Part shown: positions 18,186-26,742 of the stretch, in pieces
Layout: every line of letters begins with the position of its first letter
Numbering within the stretch: position 1 is the first letter of the stretch
NCBI GenBank assembly: GCA_965250005.1
Contig: OZ252279.1
Coordinates: forward strand, 1,920,001 to 1,952,000
Length of the DNA: 32,000 nucleotides
Direction of reading: 5' to 3'
Source: Demequinaceae bacterium
GTDB lineage: Bacteria > Actinomycetota > Actinomycetes > Actinomycetales > Demequinaceae
Translations under genes and position numbers: made by a program
Notes under the pieces: model-generated
Seen by the model: only the letters and a program-made list of their open reading frames with translations
What the model was told of the DNA's origin: nothing
The model's database searches: none

Positions 18186-18946
18186 AGGTGCTAGCTGCCA
18201 TTGCGGTCGCCGCCGTGTCGCTCGGCGCCGGGGTAGGAGGGTGGATTCTTGGCGACGCACGATCAGCCCCCCCGGATGTGTCCGTGCACGGGCCGATGGC
18301 CTGGATCGACAACCCGCACGACGGCGACGCGTACCCGACTGGTCGGCATGTCGCGAACACGCACGCGGCTGCCCAGGACGGGATTGTCCAAATGGTATTC
18401 ACCGTCAACTCGGACCTTCAGGCGAAGGCTCTCGAGGGCGGGACGATCGAGAACGTCGACTGGTCCTTTGATGTGGACGAGCCTGGCGAATACACGTTGA
18501 CGGTGTGGGGAGTAACAGCTGGTGGTGAGGAGACGCCTTCATCCTCCGTAGTCATCATCGTGTTCGATCCGGACGCGCTTATCGCGACAGAAGTGGTGTC
18601 GGGACCGGAACCCGAGCCGGAACCCGAACCTGGGCCGTGCAGGCCATCGGCACCCAGTATCTCGCACCCGGATGACGGCGGTATTCCAGCGGAAGAGGGC
18701 GGGCCCGGATCGGCGCCGCTGGTGTGGTCTCAGCAGGGGTCGTGCGACGCGGAGGAGTGGCGAGTGGAGGTGGCGATCGACTCTGGATTCACAGACTTCT
18801 TGGAGAAGACGTCGCTTTCGGGTGAGGTCACGTCCCACTACGTCTACGGGCTTTCGTGTGAGACGTGGTACTGGCGCATACGGGGAGTCCGGGACGGCAC
18901 GACGGGACCGTGGGCGGTGCGGTCGTTCACCGTCGTCGACTGCTGA
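18182..18946 (+). CDS. Membrane-anchored/secreted two-domain protein (Ig-like + FN3-like) with PEPEPEPEP linker, unknown function
   Basis: 254-aa ORF with an N-terminal hydrophobic anchor or signal. It has a beta-sandwich-like module (EYTLTVWGVTAGGEE), a PEPEPEPEPGP linker, then a module ending YWRIRGVRDGTTGPWAVRSFTV, reminiscent of FN3. It contains four Cys. Confidence 0.8.
   Translation: MKVLAAIAVAAVSLGAGVGGWILGDARSAPPDVSVHGPMAWIDNPHDGDAYPTGRHVANTHAAAQDGIVQMVFTVNSDLQAKALEGGTIENVDWSFDVDEPGEYTLTVWGVTAGGEETPSSSVVIIVFDPDALIATEVVSGPEPEPEPEPGPCRPSAPSISHPDDGGIPAEEGGPGSAPLVWSQQGSCDAEEWRVEVAIDSGFTDFLEKTSLSGEVTSHYVYGLSCETWYWRIRGVRDGTTGPWAVRSFTVVDC
18605..18628 (+). repeat. Two tandem 12-nt units encoding the Pro-Glu linker
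   Basis: CCGGAACCCGAG (18605-18616) is followed directly by CCGGAACCCGAA (18617-18628), inside the 254-aa ORF. Confidence 0.6.
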
Positions 18947-19137
18947 GCAAGACCAACCCGCGCCTTGGTGCAGCCTGGCGGCCGGAAATTGTGCCGCGGC
19001 AGCTTCATCGCCCACGCGGACAATCGTCGTATTTCGCCCACGCGATACTGGAACGCCGCACGTCCTGGGATCCGGCGGCACTTTCAGTTATCCACACTCA
19101 CCAAGCGGGATTTGCGCTTCACCCCTAGTCTCCCAAC

Positions 19138-20367
19138 ATGACTGCCGAAGCGGTCGCGCACATTGAGAACCAGGTGCGCGACCTGATTCGTAAGCGTGGC
19201 GTGGACCCAACGAGGGACGCCGCGGCCGTTGAGGCGCTCGTTGACGAGGCGCTTCAGGATTGGGAGGAGCGCGCGCTTGTGGGCGCAGTGGCGCCCATGG
19301 ATGACCGTAGCGCGGCCGCCAAGTCCGTCCTGGACTCTGTGGCCGGACTTGGCCCGTTGCAGCAATACATGGACGATCCAGTCGTCGAGGAAATCTGGAT
19401 AAACGAACCCGCGCAGGTGTTCGTCGCGCGCGGCGGCGAGCCCGAACTGACCAACACGATCCTGACCGCTGAGCAGGTACGTGATTTGGTTGAGCAGATG
19501 CTGAAGTCCTCGGGCCGGCGGCTCGACCTGTCGAGCCCGTTCGTTGATGCGGCGCTCGCCGGTGGGGAGCGGCTGCACGTGGTGATCCCCGACGTCACGC
19601 GTGAGCACTGGGCTGTAAACATCCGCAAGTACGTTGCGCGCGCGGGCACGGTGGACGACTTGGTGACACTCGGTTCCTTGCCGCAGACAGCCGCCGACTT
19701 CATGGCCGCCTCGGTCGCGGCGGGACTCAATATCTTGATCGCGGGGGCGACGCAGGCGGGTAAGACTACAGCGCTGAACGCGCTCGCGGGCTCGATTCCG
19801 CCGCGCGAGCGGGTGGTGACGTGCGAGGAAGTCTTCGAACTCAAGATCCCCCAGCGCGATGTCGTCTCGCTCCAATGCCGTCAACCAAGCCTCGAGGGAA
19901 GCGGCGAGATCCCCTTACGCCGTTTGGTCAAGGAGGCGTTACGTATGCGTCCATCGCGAATCATCATTGGCGAGGTTCGTGAGGCCGAGGCGCTCGACAT
20001 GCTCGTTGCTCTCAACGCGGGCGTACCGGGAATGTGCACAATCCATGCGAACTCTGCGCGAGATGCCGTCACCAAAATGTGTACGTTGCCGTTGCTCGCA
20101 GGGGACAACGTTTCCGATCGGTTCGTGATCCCGACAGTCGCATCCGCCATCGACATCGTCATGCACCTTGAACTAGATGCTGCGGGCAAGCGTCGCGTAA
20201 CGGAGATCGTCGGCGTCACGGGACGCGTCGAAGGCGGCGTCATCGAGGTCTCTGACCTATTCCGGCTTAAGCGCGGCCGACTTGTGCGCGGAGACGGATT
20301 TCCCCCGCACCCAGATCGCTACGAGCGCATCGGCGCGGACCTGCCGGCTCTCCTTGGAGGTTCCTAA
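19138..20367 (+). CDS. tadA: Tad/Flp pilus assembly ATPase (CpaF/TadA family)
   Basis: 409-aa ORF with Walker A (GATQAGKTTALNAL), Walker B-like (RIIIGEVR) and His box (MCTIHANS). Its length and N-terminus are typical of actinobacterial TadA. Confidence 0.92.
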   Translation: MTAEAVAHIENQVRDLIRKRGVDPTRDAAAVEALVDEALQDWEERALVGAVAPMDDRSAAAKSVLDSVAGLGPLQQYMDDPVVEEIWINEPAQVFVARGGEPELTNTILTAEQVRDLVEQMLKSSGRRLDLSSPFVDAALAGGERLHVVIPDVTREHWAVNIRKYVARAGTVDDLVTLGSLPQTAADFMAASVAAGLNILIAGATQAGKTTALNALAGSIPPRERVVTCEEVFELKIPQRDVVSLQCRQPSLEGSGEIPLRRLVKEALRMRPSRIIIGEVREAEALDMLVALNAGVPGMCTIHANSARDAVTKMCTLPLLAGDNVSDRFVIPTVASAIDIVMHLELDAAGKRRVTEIVGVTGRVEGGVIEVSDLFRLKRGRLVRGDGFPPHPDRYERIGADLPALLGGS

Positions 20368-20368
20368 C

Positions 20369-21229
20369 ATGGGTACCATACTCGGCCTTCTTCTCGGAGC
20401 AGGCGTCTTCTTGGTCTGGTGGTCGTTCTGGGGGGAATTGTCCCCACGCTCTGCACCACTCGACGGATGGACGGCACGCACGCAAGACGCACTGGTTCAG
20501 GCAGGCGTGACGGGAGTGACAACGGGCGCGCTGGTAGGGGCCGCTGCCGGCTTGGGAGCGATGGTCTCGCTCGTGGCAGCTGGATTGACGCACTCCGCGG
20601 TCATTGGTCTGTGCTTTGGGGCGATGTCGATGCGCGCGCCGTTCGCGGTGATTCATGCCCGCGCACGCACGCGCGGCAATTCCATGCGTGAAGTGTGGCC
20701 GGAGGCCGTTGACCACCTTGCGTCGGGAGTGCGAGCGGGCCTCTCGCTACCAGAGGCGCTCACCCAATTGGGTGACAGGGGGCCCGTTGAAATCCGGGCG
20801 CCATTCGCAATCTTCGCCGCGGATTATCGCGCGTCGGGTCGCTTTGAAGAGAGCCTCGACGCGCTCAAAGCTAGGCTCGCAGATCCGGTCGCAGATCGCA
20901 TCGTAGAGTCGCTGCGGGTCACACGGGACGTCGGGGGTTCAGATCTGGGCCGAGTCTTGCGGACGCTCTCTGGGTTCCTTCGTGAGGATGCGCGCACTCG
21001 CGGGGAGCTCGAGGCTCGTCAGAGTTGGACTGTCAACGCAGCGCGCCTTGCCGTAGTCGCGCCGTGGACGGTTCTCCTGGTGTTGTCGTCGCGTCGCGAG
21101 GCTGCGGAGGCCTACAACTCTCCCGCCGGAGTAACCGTGCTCATCTTTGGCGCCGCCATGACCGTGGCCGCGTATCGCCTCATGATTCGTGTCGGGCGCC
21201 TTCCTATCGAGAATCGAGTAATGAGGTGA
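20369..21229 (+). CDS. tadB: Tad pilus inner-membrane platform protein TadB (T2SS F-domain)
   Basis: I place the start at ATG 20369, 2 nt after the tadA stop with a GGAGG RBS, giving 286 aa. The N-terminal TM, cytoplasmic helical domain and C-terminal TM pair are typical of TadB. Confidence 0.8.
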   Translation: MGTILGLLLGAGVFLVWWSFWGELSPRSAPLDGWTARTQDALVQAGVTGVTTGALVGAAAGLGAMVSLVAAGLTHSAVIGLCFGAMSMRAPFAVIHARARTRGNSMREVWPEAVDHLASGVRAGLSLPEALTQLGDRGPVEIRAPFAIFAADYRASGRFEESLDALKARLADPVADRIVESLRVTRDVGGSDLGRVLRTLSGFLREDARTRGELEARQSWTVNAARLAVVAPWTVLLVLSSRREAAEAYNSPAGVTVLIFGAAMTVAAYRLMIRVGRLPIENRVMR

Positions 21230-22143
21230 GCGCCGGCACGTTGTTTTCGGGACTCGCGCTCGGGGTCGGAGCGCTACTTCTTGTCGCGTGGTGGCAGGCC
21301 AGAATGCCGTCACTTGGCTCGCGCATCGCTCCGCACCTGCGCGCCCCCGGTGCGCACCGGCGCCCACAGGCACCAATAACGCCATTCCCAACAGTCGAAC
21401 GAATCCTGACGCCGTTACTGCGTGACGGTGCACGACTTGCGGAAACGTGGGGCGCGTCGCGTGGTGAGCTCGAGGCGAGACTTCGCCGGGCGGGCTCGGC
21501 AACCACGCCGGAGCGCTTTCGTGCAGAGCAGGTGATTTGGGCGAGTGGAGGGCTCGTGGCGGGCCTAGTGCTCTCGCTGACGCTGGCCGCGGCGCGGGGC
21601 ACGTCGCCTATTGCGCTCGTCGTGATGGTGGCCGCTATGGGGGCTGCCGCAGTGGCAGCGCGTGACTGGGTGCTGCAACGAAGCATCAGGCGCAGGGAGG
21701 CGCTCATTACCGCCGAGCTTCCGGCCGTAGCCGAGATGCTTGCGCTCTCCGTCAACGCCGGGGAAGGGGCCCTTGGCGCAGTCGAGCGCGTTGCACGAAC
21801 CGCGTCCGGCGCCCTCGCCACTAATTTGGTCACGCTGCTGGGAGAAGTCCACACGGGGACACCACTGGCGGACGCGTTCAGCGATCTGGCAGACGCCACC
21901 GGCGTCGCTCCATTGAGGCGTTTCGCTGAGGCCGTGTCTGTTGCGATCGATCGTGGAACGCCTCTCGCGGACGTCTTGCACGCTCAGGCGCAAGACGTCC
22001 GCGACAGCGGCAGGCGCCACCTCATGGAGGAGGGAGGCAAGCGCGAGATCGCGATGATGGTGCCTGTGATCTTCCTCCTCCTTCCGATAACCGTCGTATT
22101 CGCCGTCTTTCCCGGAATTGTTGCAATCAACATCGGTACCTAA
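21226..22143 (+). CDS. tadC: Tad pilus inner-membrane platform protein TadC (T2SS F-domain)
   Basis: GTG 21226 overlaps the tadB stop (GTGA), giving 305 aa. The architecture matches TadB, with the C-terminal IAMMVPVIFLLLPITVVFAVFPGI segment. Confidence 0.8.
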   Translation: MSAGTLFSGLALGVGALLLVAWWQARMPSLGSRIAPHLRAPGAHRRPQAPITPFPTVERILTPLLRDGARLAETWGASRGELEARLRRAGSATTPERFRAEQVIWASGGLVAGLVLSLTLAAARGTSPIALVVMVAAMGAAAVAARDWVLQRSIRRREALITAELPAVAEMLALSVNAGEGALGAVERVARTASGALATNLVTLLGEVHTGTPLADAFSDLADATGVAPLRRFAEAVSVAIDRGTPLADVLHAQAQDVRDSGRRHLMEEGGKREIAMMVPVIFLLLPITVVFAVFPGIVAINIGT

Positions 22144-22160
22144 GAAAAAGGAGAAACACC

Positions 22161-22346
22161 ATGACCCGCATCCTTGCTGCGCTCGCGCATCGCTGGCGAC
22201 TTCGATCCTCGGACGACGGTGACGTGCCCGGATGGGTCCTCATCACGTTGATGACAGCTGGCCTAGTCGCCGCCATTTGGGCCGTTGCCGGCCCGGCATT
22301 GACCAACCTGTTTAGTTCAGCCATTGAAAGCGTCTCAGGAAGCTAA
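22161..22346 (+). CDS. Small pilin-like protein in the Flp position (DUF4244-like placement)
   Basis: 61-aa ORF with an AAGGAG RBS. It has a charged leader followed by a single hydrophobic helix (PGWVLITLMTAGLVAAIWAVAG). It sits directly after tadC, where flp lies in actinobacterial tad loci. No canonical G/XXXXEY motif is present. Confidence 0.55.
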   Translation: MTRILAALAHRWRLRSSDDGDVPGWVLITLMTAGLVAAIWAVAGPALTNLFSSAIESVSGS

Positions 22347-22722
22347 CCGGCGCTCAGACGCCGGAAGCGCCGCAGTCGAATTCACGCTTGTCTCCGTACT
22401 GGTCGTCTTCATTGTTGCGGGCGTGCTTCAACTCGCACTAGCGTTGCACGTTCGGAACACTTTGATTTCGGCCGCTGCCGAAGGTGCGCGCGTCGCAGCG
22501 TCGGCGGAGCAGGACTTTGACGCCGGAGACGCAAGGACTCAGAGAATGATCTCCGGCGCGCTAGGCGAGTACGACGTCGACATTGTCGTGGCGTTGACGG
22601 ATATAGACGGCGCCCCGGCCATAACCGTTACGGCGACCGCGCCCGTACCCCTCGTCGGCTTTTGGGGCGTGGGAAGCATGACCGTTTACGCCAGGGCACT
22701 AGTTGAGGACGACCGTGGCTAA
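22324..22722 (+). CDS. TadE-like pseudopilin
   Basis: 132-aa ORF with the N-terminal TadE signature DAGSAAVEFTLVSVLVVFIV. The TTG start is uncertain. Confidence 0.7.
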   Translation: MKASQEANRRSDAGSAAVEFTLVSVLVVFIVAGVLQLALALHVRNTLISAAAEGARVAASAEQDFDAGDARTQRMISGALGEYDVDIVVALTDIDGAPAITVTATAPVPLVGFWGVGSMTVYARALVEDDRG

Positions 22723-23224
22723 CGGCGCCGCGCGGCGGACTCGCGCGAGGGTAGATCTTAGATCTGATGCGGGCGGCGCGATCGTGGAGTTCATCGGGAT
22801 GTCGCTCTTGCTGCTGGTTCCGCTTGTGTACCTCGTTGTCCTACTTGCTCAGATTCAGGCGGCGACTTTCGCCGCCGAACTCGCCGCGCGCGAGGCGGCG
22901 CGCGGAGCCGTCGTAGCCGCGGTTGGGGCGCTTGAGGATGGCGCTTCGCCAGATCGGGCGATCGCGGCCGCAAATGCGCGCGCCGGAACTGCCACCCGGG
23001 TAGCTCTCGAGGACTTCGGTTTTGATGCCGAAAGGTCGGGAGTTCTCGTACTTGAGTGCAGCACGGCAACGTGTTTCGAGCCCGGTTCCGACATTTACGC
23101 CCATGTGGACGTTACGGTGACGCTGCCGGGAGTGCCCGAGCTGATCGCCGAATGGATGCCACTAGAGATCACCGTTTCAGCGGACTCCGTTGGCGCAGTC
23201 GACGGATTTGCGAGTACGCAGTGA
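22703..23224 (+). CDS. TadE/TadF-like pseudopilin
   Basis: 173-aa ORF with the N-terminal DAGGAIVEFIGMSLLLLVPLVYLVVLL motif. The start is TTG 22703 or GTG 22715, overlapping the upstream stop. Confidence 0.65.
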   Translation: MRTTVANGAARRTRARVDLRSDAGGAIVEFIGMSLLLLVPLVYLVVLLAQIQAATFAAELAAREAARGAVVAAVGALEDGASPDRAIAAANARAGTATRVALEDFGFDAERSGVLVLECSTATCFEPGSDIYAHVDVTVTLPGVPELIAEWMPLEITVSADSVGAVDGFASTQ

Positions 23225-23679
23225 GGCGCTCAGTCCGCGACGACTCGGGTAATGTGACGCTGCTGTCGCTCGGTTTTGCCATGGTGGCCATCACTCTAAT
23301 CCTGGTGGTCTCTGCAGCGACGGCTCTGCACCTTGACCGGACCCGGCTCGCGAGGCTTGCGGACGATCTCGCGATTGACGCGGCGGATGCGATGGACGTG
23401 GAGGCGTTCTACGCTGGGACCGCGCCTGAGCCGACCGACCTTGCCGCGGTTAGGCTCTCGCCGGACGCTATGCGCGCCACCGTCGACAGGATGCTTGTGG
23501 AGTCCGCGGAACGCTACAACCTCGACGGCGTGCAAGTGATTGATGTGCGGACAACGGACGGCCATACCGTCGTCGTCACTATTGGAGTGGTTGTTGAGCC
23601 CCTGTTTGGGGTTGAGGCGCTCCTGCCCTGGACCGACGGCATTGAATTGGCCGCGACATCTGCGGCGCGAGCCTATTGA
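23221..23679 (+). CDS. TadE/TadG-like protein (Rv3654c-type, 'helicase/secretion neighbourhood' TadE-like)
   Basis: GTG 23221 overlaps the upstream stop (GTGA), giving 152 aa. The N-terminus SGNVTLLSLGFAMVAITLILVVSAATAL is a pseudopilin-like anchor. Confidence 0.6.
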   Translation: MRRSVRDDSGNVTLLSLGFAMVAITLILVVSAATALHLDRTRLARLADDLAIDAADAMDVEAFYAGTAPEPTDLAAVRLSPDAMRATVDRMLVESAERYNLDGVQVIDVRTTDGHTVVVTIGVVVEPLFGVEALLPWTDGIELAATSAARAY

Positions 23680-23830
23680 CTCCAGCCCAAGCCTGCGATT
23701 GAAAACCGCGGAACGCATGAGCGCCATCGTCACCTCAGGCAGGGTTGCAAGTACGTGAACGCTAGAGCCTATGGAAACAGTGATGAGTGGCCCACCAACC
23801 ACCCGTGGCGGGATCTACCGGTCCCCACAG

Positions 23831-23865
23831 ACAACAAACGGGAGTGGGCGCCAAGGCCCACTCCC
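23831..23865 (-). terminator. Rho-independent terminator of the substrate-binding protein gene
   Basis: Perfect 10-bp stem GGGAGTGGGC / GCCCACTCCC (23840-23849 / 23856-23865) with a 6-nt loop. On the minus strand it is followed by GTTTGTTGT. It begins 26 nt after the stop at 23891. Confidence 0.7.
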
Positions 23866-23890
23866 GCTCGCTAACTACTAGTAGGTGGAA

Positions 23891-25192
23891 CTACGAAGCG
23901 TCGGCAACCTCAGCGGCCCCAACGGCGGTGTCCCAGGCGTCAACAATCGCTATGTTGCCGGCCTGAACGTCGTTCAGAACAGTCTCGATGGCGTTGCTGA
24001 CGTCGCCGTGCTTCGGTCCGTAGTAGATCGCAGCCGGGATATCAACAGCGCTCTTGGTGAAGATCGCCCCAACCGGTGCACCGTTGAAGAAGTCGCTCGA
24101 GTAAGCCTGGATTTCAGGGTCAGCGTAGAGCGTGTCCTGCGACGGCAAGCGTCCAACATCTTGGAAGATGGCGATCTGCTGGTCGGCTTCGATAAGCCAC
24201 TCAACGAAGGCGTAACCCTCCAGTTGCGTGTTTTCGTCACCCTGTGCAGGGATGGTGTAGAACGCACCACCCGAGTTGCCACCAGGTCCGGGGATGTCAG
24301 CAATGTCCCACTGGCCGGTGAATTCGTCGGCCGAGATCCGCCCCTCAATGTAGGCGAGCATCAATGACGGGCAAGCAAGAACAGCGAACTCGCCATCGGC
24401 GAGGCCGGCGTCCCACTGGGGCGTGAACGAGGCGACGTTGGCCGAAATTCCGGCCTCAATCACATCGAGGGTGATGTCGAAAGCAGGCTTCGCGGCCTCT
24501 AGGTCTAGTTCGTTGTTGCGGTCGTAGTAGCCGACTCCCAGCTGGGTAAGCGCGGGGCCGAGGAGGTTGGTTGCGTTATCGACAAACTTCTTGCCGGTCG
24601 CAGCCTTATATTCCTGACCGGCCGCAACAAAGCCTTCCCAGGTGTTCCCAATGAGGGCTTCGACATCGGCACGATCGGCGGGAAGACCAGCAGCCTCGAA
24701 GAGGTCGCGGCGATAGCACATGGCCAAGCCGCCAACGTCCGCGCCAAGGCCAATGGTTGCGGAGCTGTCCGCGTTGGACGCCTGGGCCCACTTCCACGGG
24801 AGGTAGTTGTTCTCGTACTTGCCGGCGCCAAAGTCGAGCAGGTTGACGAACCCGTCAGCCTGGGAAACGAAGCTGGTGATGAACCCCTCGTCGATGAAGG
24901 CGACGGTCGGGGCGCCGGAACCGGCGATCAGCGCTTGCTGAAGTGCATCGTGCTGTGCCAACGCGTCAGCCGTGTCGAGCACGATTGTTACGTGCGGGTT
25001 TTCGGCCTCGTACGTAGCGATGAGGCCTTCTAGCCCAAAGTTTCCCCAGTAGGCCACCGAGATGGTGACAGGAACCGCGTCAACAGTCTCAGTGGGTTCA
25101 ACGTCATCTGGCGTCGAGCATGCCGCCAGCAGCACAGCCGACGCGGTACCAACAGCGATGGCGTTCGCGGTACGGGTGCGAGTCCACTTCAT
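23891..25192 (-). CDS. ABC transporter substrate-binding lipoprotein (family 1, carbohydrate type)
   Basis: The solute-binding family 1 pattern runs throughout the ORF. I prefer the third ATG of ATGATGATG (25192) because of its spacing from the AAGGGGA RBS, though 25195 and 25198 are possible. The signal peptide carries the lipobox VLLAAC. Confidence 0.9.
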   Translation of the reverse strand: MKWTRTRTANAIAVGTASAVLLAACSTPDDVEPTETVDAVPVTISVAYWGNFGLEGLIATYEAENPHVTIVLDTADALAQHDALQQALIAGSGAPTVAFIDEGFITSFVSQADGFVNLLDFGAGKYENNYLPWKWAQASNADSSATIGLGADVGGLAMCYRRDLFEAAGLPADRADVEALIGNTWEGFVAAGQEYKAATGKKFVDNATNLLGPALTQLGVGYYDRNNELDLEAAKPAFDITLDVIEAGISANVASFTPQWDAGLADGEFAVLACPSLMLAYIEGRISADEFTGQWDIADIPGPGGNSGGAFYTIPAQGDENTQLEGYAFVEWLIEADQQIAIFQDVGRLPSQDTLYADPEIQAYSSDFFNGAPVGAIFTKSAVDIPAAIYYGPKHGDVSNAIETVLNDVQAGNIAIVDAWDTAVGAAEVADAS

Positions 25193-25247
25193 CATCATTC
25201 CCCTTACGTGGAATTCAACTCCCCACCGTTGGGGTGCAGGAAACACA

Positions 25248-25272
25248 GTACCGGCGAGCAAAAGGCCGGTAC
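25248..25272 (-). promoter_or_regulatory. Terminator-like hairpin inside the leader of the substrate-binding protein gene
   Basis: On the minus strand, GTACCGGC-CTTTTGCTC-GCCGGTAC forms an 8-bp stem, plus a G-U closing pair, followed by TGTGTTTCC. A second hairpin, CCCCA-ACGG-TGGGG (25221-25235), lies between it and the RBS. Confidence 0.35.
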
Positions 25273-25505
25273 CCTTCCCCATATTACGGAATGGTTACGA
25301 TCTCGCAAATCACTGGAGCGGGGATCGAACCAGGTGTAACGCAGCGGCGCTCGCTGCCTTGTGACCACGCTGTTCAACCAGCGGATGGGGCACTCCGCAA
25401 CGAGTTCGGCAGGGTTCGCCACTGCTCTGCAAGCTATTCCGAAGACGACGCACTTTTGCCTCCCGATGGGAGGTTGCGGCTACCTGCTCCCGTAGGCTTG
25501 CCCGC

Positions 25506-26612
<1,107 letters not shown>

Positions 26613-26616
26613 CGAG

Positions 26617-26636
26617 CGCGGGACGTACGTCCCGCG
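26617..26636 (+). terminator. Candidate stem-loop after prfB
   Basis: The perfect palindrome CGCGGGACGTACGTCCCGCG starts 5 nt after the TAG stop. No U-tract follows. Confidence 0.45.
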
Positions 26637-26742
26637 GGGTCGAAGGTCCCATTTGGTGCGACAGCCGCGACCATAGATTTGAGGCGTAAATAGGACACTC
26701 AAGAGCGCCTCACAAGGGCAGCCCAGTGAAGGGCAACAAACC

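Noticed and set aside
25338-25372. The plus-strand reading aac gca gcg gcg ctc gct gcc ttg tga (…AAALAAL*) resembles a tmRNA tag, and prfB is nearby as it is in ssrA neighbourhoods.
   Set aside because: The tag would end in Leu rather than Ala-Ala. The tRNA-like end is on the opposite strand. There is no GGGGCTG 5' acceptor, and the ~300-nt gap is shorter than an actinobacterial tmRNA.
25314-25396. tRNA-like element on the minus strand. It has GGTTCGATCC (T-loop-like), CGCT-GGTTGAAC-AGCG (class II D-arm-like), and GGAGTGC / CCGCTCC-A ends that pair at 6 of 7 positions.
   Set aside because: No 5-bp T-stem can be formed around the TTCGATC loop. There is no anticodon stem-loop with U33 between the D-like arm and the GCAGC/GCTGC hairpin. 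I tried class I, class II and tRNA-Sec (8/5) layouts and none closes. At best it is a decayed tRNA or tmRNA remnant, so I treat it as part of the structured leader finding.
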